Below, one piece after another: positions 53,016-64,000 of a DNA stretch of 64,000 nt. The position numbers and the translations under genes were made by a program. The notes beneath the pieces are model-generated. The model worked only from the letters and a program-made list of their open reading frames with translations, was not told the DNA's origin and did no database searches. The stretch is from Octopus sinensis. Taxonomy: Eukaryota. The stretch spans positions 100,440,001 through 100,504,000 of the forward strand of contig NC_043002.1 of NCBI RefSeq assembly GCF_006345805.1, read 5' to 3'. Position 1 is the first letter of the stretch. Each line of letters begins with the position of its first letter.

Positions 53016-53819
53016 AAATGATGTATATCTAATGTTACAAAACAAAGTTTCATCACTATCCACAACAAATACTTATTATACTATTACATGTTCACATACG
53101 ATATATTGCCGCATAATTCATGTCTTTTGTACTTCTATACGTAAAAGATTCCACTTTGACACTACAACACACTCTATGTCCACTATAACAAAATCAGATA
53201 ATCGACACTCTGTTTTAGACTACCACTCTGCCTACACCTTCTGTTACACTAACATATATTCATATATATTATGCAAACACATATTTCACGCTACACTTTA
53301 CTACATCTTTGCAGATTTCATGCTTTGTTACATTTCACTCTTCACTAAGCCCATACACTAGTTCACACTGTCTGTTACAATGCCACATTGTTCAAGCTCT
53401 GTTACACTGACAATCAGTTAAAGAGTTCCTATGTGGTCAGTTGACCTGTTAGAAATAACAACCAAATATTACTAAATTAAATACAGTGCATGTCTCCTAA
53501 AACGGAATGGTGAGAACAAGTCTGGTTTTGGTCATAGCTCTTCCCATTGAGGGATAACTTGAGGTAAGCTGTAACCCATACTGTGATACTTTGGCACACA
53601 ATCTTAACCCTATGATTTGAGGGTGCCCACTAAGTTGGAGGTACCTCATTTATTCATATATGAGTCTTACACCCAATTTGATATTTGATCTTGGGACAAA
53701 AATGTTCCCTTATTAGCTTTATCTTTGCATCATGTATAAGTTACATTGTATAAGTCCCACCTCAGTTTTTTTCAGTTAAAATCAAGTATGAAATAGTACG
53801 ACTTATAAAGAAGAATATA

Positions 53820-54344
53820 TTGGGTTGTCCGGAAAGTTCGTGCCGATTGATAGTAGCTTGCATTTCGACTTATTTTAGAACATGGTTGAGTTCATAAAAT
53901 AGGATTTGACTGCACATCCATTTAGAGAACAGTTTAAGCTATCTTTTCATGGAAGAAGGTTTATGTTTCTATAACCTATGTTAATTCTGTAACCCTTTAA
54001 AATGGAAGATAAGAAAGTTCATTTTCGTCACTTGATGCTTTGGGAACCAGACAAAAATTGCTGCAGCTCGGCTGGGATGTGTTACCCCACCCTCCCATAT
54101 TCACCAAATATTGCTCCGTCGGATTTCCACTTATTCAGGTCTCTGCAGAATAATCTTAATGGTAAAAATTTCAATTCTTTGGATGACGTAAAAAAGATAC
54201 CTTGAGGACTTCTTTGCCATGAAACCGCCTCAATTCTGGGAAGAGGGTATTTTCAAGTTAAAGGAAAGATGGAGACGCATTGTGCAACAAAATGGTTCAT
54301 ATTTGGTTCTTTAAAAATCTGCACGAACTTTCCGGACAACACAA
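53820..54344 (+). mobile_element. Internally deleted mariner (mellifera-like), 525 bp, both TIRs retained
   Basis: TIRs ttgggttgtccggaaagttcgtgc and gcacgaactttccggacaacacaa with TA flanks. The N-terminal MEDKKVHFRHLMLWE is fused close to PYSPNIAPSDFHLFRSLQNNLNGKNF. Confidence 0.92.
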
Positions 54345-54607
54345 TACAAAAATTATTTCTTCACAGCAACATGTCTTTTCTGGTGTGTGTTTTTTTCTAT
54401 AGTGTAAGGCTTTGATTTATAGAGATAACAAACTATTGTTGTTGTTGTTACAGTGATGGTGACGATGATGGTGATGTAGCCTCTGACCGGCTATTATCTG
54501 GTAAAACTACGTATAGTATGTAGGTAATCGACAGAATGACTTCGTATGACCCTCAGATTTATAGTTCCAGATACAACCCAAATAAATACATTAATATAAA
54601 CAACTTT

Positions 54608-55010
54608 GAGTGGCTGTGTGGTAAGTATCTTGCTAACCAACCACATGGTTCCGGGTTCAGTCCCACTGCGTGGCATCTTGGGCAAGTGTCTTCTGCTATA
54701 GCCCCGGGCCGACCAATGCCTTGTGAGTCGATTTGGTAGACGGAAACTGAAAGAAGCCTGTCGGTATATATGTATATTTATAAGTGTGTGTGTATATGTT
54801 TTTGTGTCTGTGTTTGTCCCCCTAGCATTGCTTGACAACCGATGCTGGTGTGTTTACGTCCCCGTCACTTAGCGGTTCGGCAAAACAGACCGATAGAATA
54901 AGTTCTGGGCTTACAAAGAATAAGTCCCGGGGTCGATTTGCTCGACTAAAGGCGGTGCTCCAGCATGGCCGTAGTCAAATGACTGAAACAAGTAAAAGAG
55001 TAAAAGAGTA
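54608..55010 (+). mobile_element. SINE family A, near full length
   Basis: Colinear with 49162-49610; 3' tail (gtaaaaga)n. Confidence 0.92.
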
Positions 55011-55436
55011 AATTTGTATTTATTCCTGGCGGCAAAATATACAGTATCAGCACCACCACCGAGAACAGTTGATAGTGTAACTGCAAACACATGTGCAACT
55101 AAATGTGTGCATACTTACATACATGCATTCATACACGCTTGCATCCATTTCAATCCTCTTGCTAGAACACATGCTTTCCTACAATTATTCTCATACACAC
55201 ATACACGTAGACACAAAGCGCACAAGCTCTCACCTTCATATACAGTTGTGCACAAGTACTGGTGAACACGTGTATATACTGCCTCTCATTTTCTCTCTGT
55301 TAACACTGTCTTACGAGCTCTATACAAATCTCTTAATATCTACGTTCAAACTATCTCCTTATCTGTTTATTCTTTTCAACTTTATTTCTATCACTCCTTT
55401 CGGATTTCTATCTATCTATTTACCTATCTATCTACA

Positions 55437-55494
<58 letters not shown>

Positions 55495-55591
55495 CAACAT
55501 CACAACCATATATCTCAAGTTCTTTTTTTTTCCATACATACCGCTTCTATTACTCTCTTCTCTTTCTCTTATGTTGTGAGTGTACCTATGC

Positions 55592-55663
<72 letters not shown>

Positions 55664-56242
55664 AGGGACAGAGAAAGTGAGTCAGGTTTTTTTTATGAAG
55701 GGAAACATTTCAGTGGAGCAGTCTACGTATTAAATATCAATAAAAAAGAGTTTGTAATATACAGAAGTGAGAAACTCCTGTTAACTTTATTATCCAGGCA
55801 ATTACTTGGTAAAAAATCCCTCCCGATGTGTTTAAAATATGAAAATAACATGGAAGATTAACATTTCTTCTAATGTCACTTGATCGAGATTTTTGAAACA
55901 TACCGACTATACCAATTATAGTGGATTTGATTTTTAACGCTAATTGGTAAAATTAATGGACATGTTTCTGACTTTTCAGACCTTCTGAGTAAATCTCGTT
56001 CTACTCAACAGAGCAGTCAGTGCATAATGAAATAATGGAAATGTAGTGACGGTGACCTTCAGCAAGTAAGAAAACAAAATAAACACTGCAACGTGGGAGT
56101 AGTTTCATAACGAGGAAATGTGGGCCAAACTTTGGTGCCAAAATATCGTAGACATTCATAAGGATATGGATTGCAGCCGAGACAGGAAATGACGTGTAAC
56201 TGTAGGAAAACTGATGCATTTCCATCCCTACGTACGTACATA

Positions 56243-56459
56243 CGAGGGGTAGTTGAAAAGCTCCAGACTCTAAGGGTCTAGCGGAAAAACCTTGTTGGAG
56301 GCCCAGATTTCTGCGTTCTTTTACAGGGTTTAGATAACCTGAAGGGCTACTGCAGTATGTGTGTGAATCTAAGAGAGGGTAATGTTGAATAAAATCGTAA
56401 TTAACTGATCCCAAAGCCAGGAAGTTATCCACAGGCAGGAACTTTTCAGTACCCTGTCG
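56243..56459 (+). mobile_element. About 217-bp mariner-derived MITE (irritans-type TIRs)
   Basis: TA|cgaggggtagttgaaaagctcc ... ggaacttttcagtaccctgtcg|TA; internal CVNLREGNVE* resembles the mariner C-terminus. Confidence 0.75.
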
Positions 56460-56774
56460 TAATACCTACTTATAGATATATATATTATATATATATATAT
56501 ATTATATATATATATATATTATATATATATATAATATATATATATGCATAAGTGCATTGGGCAATACAGCAATATATTTGCATATAAGACTAGAATTTAA
56601 GAACAAAGCAGAATGCTTCACATTCTCCAGAATACAATCTATCAGTGGTACGGTAAATTTTATAAAATTTTCCGGGGATACCCCATTTGAGGTTCTCGAA
56701 TTGAGCACATGCACGCACATACACATGTAATATGTATATATATATATATATACGCATCCCTACCGGTCATTCAA

Positions 56775-56982
56775 AATGTGACCAGGTGTGTACCGTTGGC
56801 GATTTTTTCCTCCGTCTTCCCTTCTTTGGATCTTTCCTTTTCCAATGTTTCTGACGAAGAGCTCCGCTCGAAACGTTAAACCCTCCTTCTTTCCTTCTTT
56901 CCCCAGCGTCCAATAATACTATATTTGTACCACGTCCTCGCGTTGTTGTGTTTTCTCCTTGTGTTTTCATGTTTGGATTAAC
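56775..56982 (+). mobile_element. Penelope-like terminal repeat fragment carrying a hammerhead motif
   Basis: Same family as 3846-4050; followed by (TA)n; intact CTGACGA...GAAAC core. Confidence 0.6.
56847..56881 (+). ncRNA. Minimal type-I hammerhead ribozyme motif (35 nt)
   Basis: GTTT-CTGACGA-A-GAGC-TCC-GCTC-GAAA-CGT-T-AAAC: 4-bp stem I, extra A after A9, 4-bp stem II, palindromic ACGT stem III (dimer type), GUU cleavage triplet. Confidence 0.65.
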
Positions 56983-57015
56983 ATTATATATATATATACA
57001 TATATATATACATTA

Positions 57016-57075
<60 letters not shown>

Positions 57076-57636
57076 ATGTGTGTGTGTGTATATATACATA
57101 TATATATATATATATACATATATGTCTGAGTAACCATCAGACATATCCCACAAACCCCAAGAGAAGTCTTGAAAAATCTTTAAGAAATAAATATGGTCAT
57201 ACAATACGCCAGTGTGCTTATGTTTTTATGTATATTGATATAGAATAGGGAAGCTCACTATCTTAAATTACAAATAAGTGAGAAAATTATTCAACGTTCT
57301 TTGGTAGATTGTGATATTTTTACATTGCTGGATCTGCGACAGTTAAGCTTTGTTGTTCTTTGTCTTCGGGTGACCGGCAAACAGAAACTCTGAGGTATAT
57401 ACACATACACACATACACACACACACACACACACACCACATACCACATACCACATACACACGTGTGTGTGCATTTGAATACCCACACACGCACACATATA
57501 TATTTGCAAATACAAAAATATATGCGTACACAGGTGTGAATATGCGTGTGTACACACACACACACACACGCACACACACACACAAACACATATACACATA
57601 TATATATATATATTATATATATATAATATATATATA

Positions 57637-57677
<41 letters not shown>

Positions 57678-58699
57678 ATATATATATATATATACATATA
57701 TATATAAATATACGTACCTAATCTTTGTATTATTCAGTCATAAACATTTTTTTCTTCTGTAACAGTATCAGCAAACCAAAGCGAAGTAGAATTGCTAACC
57801 TATAGAATATCACCTTCAGAATTTCGCAAAAACAAAAGGAAAACAAACTCTTCTAAGCTATACACCATATTTCTTTCATGCGCTATATTCTTTGTTCTAT
57901 ATTGGATATTCTATATTTAATGCTATATAGTATTTATTATTATCTTATTTATTTACTATTTGTTATTTATTCCTTCAGAATTGATAAAGAAAATATTTGA
58001 AATGAAAGAATAACATAAATAGCAAAACAGAATTATATTATTATTTATGTGACTTGGCCTGAAACTCTGTCTTTATTCTTTCATGATATTTTCCCCATAC
58101 TCCTCCATTTATTTTCTGCTACCTTCAAAACCAACGATACTCATTTGCCGTAAGCCTAAACTCGTTGTAGCATTAAAATACTAAACTAAAAAAAGAATAT
58201 ATCTCTTGCACAAACATACGTAAAAAGCTATACTTATACGTATTCACACAAAGCACACATATACACTCACATCTTAGCATAATATTGAGACTCTGCTAGC
58301 TGTTGTTGTTGCTCGTACTTTTTAAAGTATTGCTGTTATTTTAGTTGGGTTTTTTTTGTTTGTTGTTTTTGGTTTGTTCTAGCTTTTGTGATTGTTTTTT
58401 TTTTCTTTATGTTGGTAAGATTACATATCCGAACGATATATTTTCTTGCATCTCTATACTTTTCGTGTATGTTCATGTTGTCATGTACATGCATACGTAC
58501 ATACATACATACATGCATGTATGCATACATACATATATACATACATACATGCATGCATATGTGTTTGTTGTAGCGTGTTTATGTGTTTAGTGTTGTGCCT
58601 ATGTGTGCAATGAGGTTTGGCAGCATCAAGAACGGAAGAAGAAAGTACAGTCACATTATATAGACCTTTATTACAAAGCTATTACAAACCACTTCAGTT

Positions 58700-59040
58700 A
58701 GCAGGCATATTGTCTTAAGATTTGGTGACAGGCCTCCTCAAATCTCAAGCATCTTTCTTAGGATTTTTGCAAAATACGGAATTGCAGTTTTCTTCCTCAT
58801 ATTCACTTCTATGTAGATTCTTGCTTGCGCTGTTCTGGTTTGGTTTTTGTCGATCAGTCTTGTACAGTTTTTAGAATTTAGGCGTATCGTGTTTTGCTAT
58901 TCATTTCTTTTGTGCTGCGTGTATTAGTTATATCTTCGTAGACTACGATCTCGGAGCTTTTATTGTTGTTAGGTGTCTATTAAATGTTCTATTTGAATAT
59001 CTGATACATTTTGTTCGAGACTGTATCTTCTAAGTTAGCT
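58700..59040 (-). pseudogene. Highly decayed 3' end of a second R4/Dong-like LINE
   Basis: Minus strand ...RKKTAIPYFAKILRKMLEI* resembles the Dong C-terminus (Q)K.A.LGTA.ILRKVL; a weak PEIVV..KE remnant lies upstream. Confidence 0.4.
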
Positions 59041-59492
59041 AATTTGCGAAGGTTCACTAATAGATATAAATCTGAACTATTTTCCATTCAGATTTTATAC
59101 GAATTTACTGTTGTATTTTCGTTTTGTAGATACAATATAGCCATACAATATATATATATAAAATAGAAACATATTCCACTCGCGTCCATTTATGTTTGTT
59201 TTCCGTTTTCTTTGGGAATCTTGTGGACTCTGGCTCTTTATTTAGATTGTCATAATTTTCATTGGGTATTATTGTTGCTAGTGAGATTTTCTCGCATGAT
59301 TTTTCGAATTTTTTGTCCAAGAAATTCGAAGTACTCTCTTATACAATTTTCATTTGAATTATTTTTTGTGTTCGGGGTCGGTCTGTTATTTACATGGACA
59401 GTGCTTCTGTGGGCGTCTGTAAGCGTGATTTGTGAACGTTGGATTCTGTAAACATTTGTAATATATCTTATAATCATTATATTTATTAAATA

Positions 59493-59866
59493 CTAGCAGT
59501 ATCGCCCGGCGTTGCTCAGGTTTGTAAGGGAAATAGCTATAAAGCATTTTTAGAGAGTTATAGCAAAAAATGGAAAAAAAAATGATGGTAAATTTTTTTT
59601 GAGAGTAAAAAGGTTGAGTTGCGTCCCCTAGACAGTCTGTGGTTTTTTTTTTTTATTCTCGACCCCATGTCGAATTTATCGATTTTTTTCAGAACTGGGG
59701 CAACTTTTCAAAATTTCGCTGCGTTAGTTTTGAATTATGACATTGGGCTATTGTGTGTCAGTTTCATCAGAATCGGTTGAAAGCCATGGTCAGGGTGAGG
59801 GTACGAGAAAACAGACACACAGAAACACGCACAGACAAACTGCCGTTTATATATAGAGAGAAGAGA
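59493..59866 (-). mobile_element. Non-autonomous Helitron (374 bp), minus strand
   Basis: On the minus strand: A|TCtcttctctctatatataaacgg... ending cctgagcaacgccgggcgatactgCTAG|T. Shares its 3' region with the 62238 element. Confidence 0.88.
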
Positions 59867-60131
59867 TCAACGTATTTAATAGAATATTATACAACTGTTT
59901 TTTATCCTTTCGTGACATTTTACGATTTCATTTACCATTTTTTAATCAGATGATATTACATCATATTCGGAACAATAATTTAGCATTCTCGCTTGTTAAG
60001 TGTCCTCCCATGTTATCTTTTGCTAAATGTCCCTTGTGTGATCTTTGTCAAATGCCACACGCTGTTACGTCTGTTTAACATCCTCTGGTATTATCAGCAA
60101 ACCGCTTTCCTGTATTATTTTGTTAGGAGTT

Positions 60132-60414
60132 CAGTGGGAGACATGCCAAAACTATGAAATATTAATTGAAAATAGATAATATAAATTTACATCAGCAAAT
60201 ATGTTTGAGAAAAGACATTAAATAGAATAGAAGCAAGGCTAACAGACCAGATATCGTTGTCAAAGACAACCTGCAGGCTTAATACCTCATAATCGATATA
60301 TAAATTACAAGAGATAATAATGCATCTGTAAAAGAGATTAGAGAATTATCCAGATACCAATATGTGAAAACAGGAATAGCTTTCATGTGGAGCCTAAAAA
60401 CAGAAACAATCCCT
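60132..60414 (+). pseudogene. R4/Dong-clade non-LTR retrotransposon remnant (restriction-like endonuclease region)
   Basis: One frame with stops: ANRPDIVVKDNLQA*YLIIDI*ITRDNNASVKEIRELSRYQYVKTGIAFMWSLKTETIP, carrying the PD..D..K RLE motif. Upstream WETCQNYE resembles the preceding conserved segment. Confidence 0.8.
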
Positions 60415-60609
60415 CGACCTGAAGAAAATTCTAAATGGGCCCCACATGTAAGGTTTATCTTGATATGAGATCACCAGACGCATACATATGGTTGTGAATC
60501 ATGTGCCAGGTGTACCCTTGTCAGACGAGTAGTCATGAAGGATGCACTGGGCTTCGTATATTTTATCCCAGTCTCACTTTGATGGCGTGCACTGCTCTCA
60601 CAATAATAA

Positions 60610-60641
<32 letters not shown>

Positions 60642-61101
60642 ATAATAATTATGCCCTAATGCAGTACCAGACAGTGGTTCTCAAGGCTTTTGATCTTAAC
60701 TGATTGGAAGTGTTATCATGTACATTGTTTTGTCTTGGTATAAAAGATGGGCTACAGCAAATACTCTGTTCAATACCACAGATTTTCTTGTCAGTTATTT
60801 GACCTTAACCACTTGAGCATGTCCCTTAGTGTCTGACGATATGTGCATCGCTGATCATGAGCAGAAGTAGTGGGGGAGCATCATAGCCATCATGTGTTGA
60901 AAGGAGTTCTTTGGGGTTTGAATAATTCACCTCTGGAAACATTGGTGTTTCGTTCAACATAATTAAACAAACCTTATTCAGGAACCTTTTGAGCTGGATG
61001 GGTTACTCGACCAGAACAAAATTCTAACAGGGCCCCACCTGCAAGGTCATGTGCTGTTTATCTTGATATGAGATCACCATGTCGCACACATATTGTTGTG
61101 A
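60415..61101. mobile_element. Family D repeat: 3' part, then (AAT)n, then 5' part
   Basis: 60415-60601 matches the distal part of 29182-29712, (AAT)n spans 60602-60648, and 60650-61101 matches the proximal part. Confidence 0.8.
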
Positions 61102-61849
61102 AAATGGTGCCTCATGAGTTGTTCGAAAGCAACCGCAAATCCCGAGTTGACATCTACGCTTCTCTCTATTCTCGCGAACTCATTTCACCCTTTTCGGATA
61201 AGCTTGCGACTAGTAACGAAAGATGGATCTTCTATCGAAATGTTAAACGTCGTAAACAGTGGCCTGGTAAAAGAGAAAAGGCTCAACCACAACCGAGAAG
61301 GGAACTTCATGGGGAAAATATTCTTCTCTCTCTCTCTCTGGTGGGATTGCAAAGGAGTAATTCACTCTGAATTGTTACCACCTAATGCAACAATCAATGC
61401 TCAAGTCTACTATCAGCAATTAGAGCGTTTGAACCAAGTTTTGAAGAAAGAAAACAAGCCCGATTTAGTGAATCGAAAAGGAGTGATGTTTCTTCAGGAC
61501 AATGCGCGACACCACACTTCAAAGATCACATCACAGAAGATCGAAGAGCTTAATTGGGAAAAAAATCCTCATCCACCTTATTCTCCCGACCTTGCTCCTT
61601 CGTAGTTTACAGAATCATTTGGGGGACATAACGTTCGTAAGCCAGGAGGCGGTTGAAAATGACATTTCAGAGTTCTTCGCTTTGAAACCAAAAGAGTTTT
61701 ACAGTGATGGGATTAAAAAGTTTGTACATAGATGGAAGGAAGTCATAGATAATCAAGGAAAGTACATTTGACGATTAAATTTCAATTAAATATAACATTT
61801 GATCACTTGTTTTCTTTATTCAAAATTCGGACAGAACTTATGGGATGAC

Positions 61850-61853
<4 letters not shown>
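61102..61853 (+). mobile_element. 5'-truncated mariner with decayed DD34D transposase and right TIR
   Basis: (W)VPHEL...SNERWIFYRN...WWDCKGVIHSELL...FLQDNARHHT...HPPYSPDLAPS...RWKEVIDNQGKYI*. The right end cggacagaacttatgggatgacctaa is followed by (TA)n. Confidence 0.93.
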
Positions 61854-61906
<53 letters not shown>

Positions 61907-62237
61907 ACTCCAGGTCAGCTTCGAGAATGACCTGGAGTACAAAAGGAATGTCTTTGAAAATATCGACAATGGCCACAATGTGTCTTTGACAAAGATGATG
62001 GCTTGATTAAACGAATGATTAGTCAAGTACTCGATTACTAGGTTATATGCTAATACTTAAATAGCTGTCATAATGATCCTCCTTAAATACAAGAAAATCT
62101 GTTTCAATGAGCAATTATATACCAAGAGTCTTGCATACTAAATACAAAACTATGTGTGTGTATGTGTTTGTATATTATATGTGTGTGTGAAAGAGAGAGT
62201 ATGTCTGTATATATATGAATGTATATATATATATATA

Positions 62238-62630
62238 TCTTTATATATAAAAGTGAAGTTGTGTGTCTGTCTCCTACGATTTAGATTCCTAACTACTCCC
62301 ACATTTTGCGGTGCAGTTTAACCAAAACCGGGTATCTTATAGTCGTGATTCATATCGAGCCCTTCTGGGTACTAGCGCGCGTCTACAATGATTCTACGAT
62401 TTTAAAAAAATTACCATATTTTTTTCCATTTTAATGCATTTTTCGCTATTATATAAGGGAAGTAACTCTCTAAAAATGTCTACGATGAGTCAACGATTTA
62501 AAAAAAAATTTACCATCATATTTTTTCCCATTTTAATGCATTTTTTTGCTATTTTTTGGCTATAACTCTCTAATAATGCTTATATAGTTATTTCCCTTAC
62601 AAACCCGAGCAACGCCGGGCGATACTGCTA

Positions 62631-62631
<1 letters not shown>
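62238..62631 (+). mobile_element. Non-autonomous Helitron (394 bp)
   Basis: A|TC 5' end, subterminal hairpin cccgagcaacgccggg, CTAG|T 3' end, no TSD; carries an internal roughly 100-bp imperfect tandem duplication. Confidence 0.9.
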
Positions 62632-62702
<71 letters not shown>

Positions 62703-63207
62703 TTACACATATGAATCAATAAATGGCTAAGATTTCCAAAGTAAAATGGTATACACATTACACATATACGCATCCTCATAAGACAAACGGCCCGATGAGT
62801 AGAATAGAGCCACTGACGTGATTGGAGCCACTTATCCATCATATTATCTACTTCCCCAAACGCGCTACATATTGTTTGCCACGTCATCTTGTTAAAATAA
62901 AAGTCTATTTTCTTAATCTATATCCTATGTTCATAATCTCTCCTGCTGGCCTAAGTAATTAGACGAATTGTCTCGTGACTGTAAAACAGTGAAGCTCAAA
63001 CTATATATATATATATATATATATTAACTAATTTGCCAAGCTGGATCAGCAGGAGATTCGTTTGAGCAGTAGGTAACATAATCGAACAGTAAGCAAGTCC
63101 GTACGTACCTGTGTCGGGAAAAATCAGTGGATATGTTGCTCTTGCCTGTTTCTATCAACTTGAAGTATATATGACGGAGAATGCATACATACATGTATAT
63201 GCATGTA

Positions 63208-63400
63208 CGTGGTCTGATCAATAACTATCCGAATTGTTACCATAGTAACGAAGCTAAAGCACGCTGAGTGAAGCCACTTGGCACAGTTTTACCTTGAACA
63301 CTGCTGTGCATGCGCATTAAGTTTTAATGTTCTAGCTCACTTCTGCTGTGTACAGCAGTGCTTGCAAAGAAGGTGTGTGTGTATTTAGTGAAATTTAAAT
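63208..63400 (+). mobile_element. Probable left end of another Tc1/mariner-type element
   Basis: TA|cgtggtctgatcaataactatccgaatt resembles mariner-type TIR starts. No right TIR or transposase seen, so the right boundary is uncertain. Confidence 0.4.
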
Positions 63401-64000
63401 TGTGCGACAAATAACCAGTATTTAGAACTCAGTGTGTATTCTTGTAGATCGAAAAACAAAATGGTGAGGAGGATCCACAGTTTCATTTCGATAGCCTCCA
63501 CATTTGGCTAGGTCGGAGAGTACATACTGAAAGCAACTCTTGACTCTTATTACAGATTTTTCAGAAATTTTGTACATGAAATAGAATCAGGTGCTAACAA
63601 AGCACTCGACTTTGCAAGCAGACGCTTCTTCGCACAAATATCTGTCATTCAATGCTATCGAACCGTCTCAAGAATTAAATGAAGGAAAAGTGACAGATAT
63701 TTGTAATATCTGTAAAATATTGCTTTTTCTAGAGATGTATATATTATCGTTGAAACAGATATCGTATCCGATTGTAGAATATGTAGCAAGCATGGTCACA
63801 TGTACAGGCATATCATTTGTTAACTTTTCAAAATCGATGAAAGGAACAATAACCGCCCAAACCAGATACACTTCTACGTCTAAGTCGACTGAAGCGATTT
63901 CTGCAGTGGTTATTAATGGTATATCATTCACCTGTTTGCTCCAACAGTTTTATCACAATGGCTATTTTTCAAATTTAAAACTAAAAATGATTAACGATTC

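Noticed and set aside
55093-55680. 195-aa plus-strand ORF
   Set aside because: It runs through decayed (CA)/(CTAT)/(TA) repeats and has no recognisable domain.
61906-61939. 12-bp hairpin tactccaggtca/tgacctggagta
   Set aside because: It resembles, from my recollection, the end of a common dispersed repeat in this genome type; there is no evidence of independent function.

Overview
AT-rich, microsatellite-dense eukaryotic DNA. The repeat landscape (three tRNA-derived SINE families with (TA)/(TG)/(GATA) tracts) suggests an octopus or other coleoid cephalopod genome; this is an inference. The window is almost entirely intronic. Two small + strand coding exons missed by the ORF track (13293-13417 and 36784-36874) splice in phase across a 23.4-kb intron. 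They give EESLIESFNLFIDYCLNLIRKQRDVFIPSQKDAMHSLECMLR|CLSKIYGMTAFKELCPFAKELHSQIVTAIK, which matches my recollection of the MUN region of BAIAP3/Munc13-4-family proteins. The introns hold four to five mariner relics of different subfamilies, non-autonomous Helitrons, R4/Dong-clade LINE remnants with an (AAT)n-embedded partner repeat, about 25 SINE copies (three as same-orientation SINE-SINE composites), and Penelope-like terminal fragments. The most interesting signals are: (1) five minimal type-I hammerhead ribozyme motifs, two of them intact and on the pre-mRNA strand, one inside a fold-back that could switch it off; (2) several long fold-back hairpins that could be ADAR substrates; (3) phase-compatible candidate cassette, poison or alternative first exons; (4) an inverted SINE pair bracketing the two exons, which total 216 nt and would form a stop-free circle. 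Nearly all ORFs in the supplied track are microsatellite or low-complexity artefacts. No database searches were run; family assignments rest on motifs read by eye and recalled consensus sequences.
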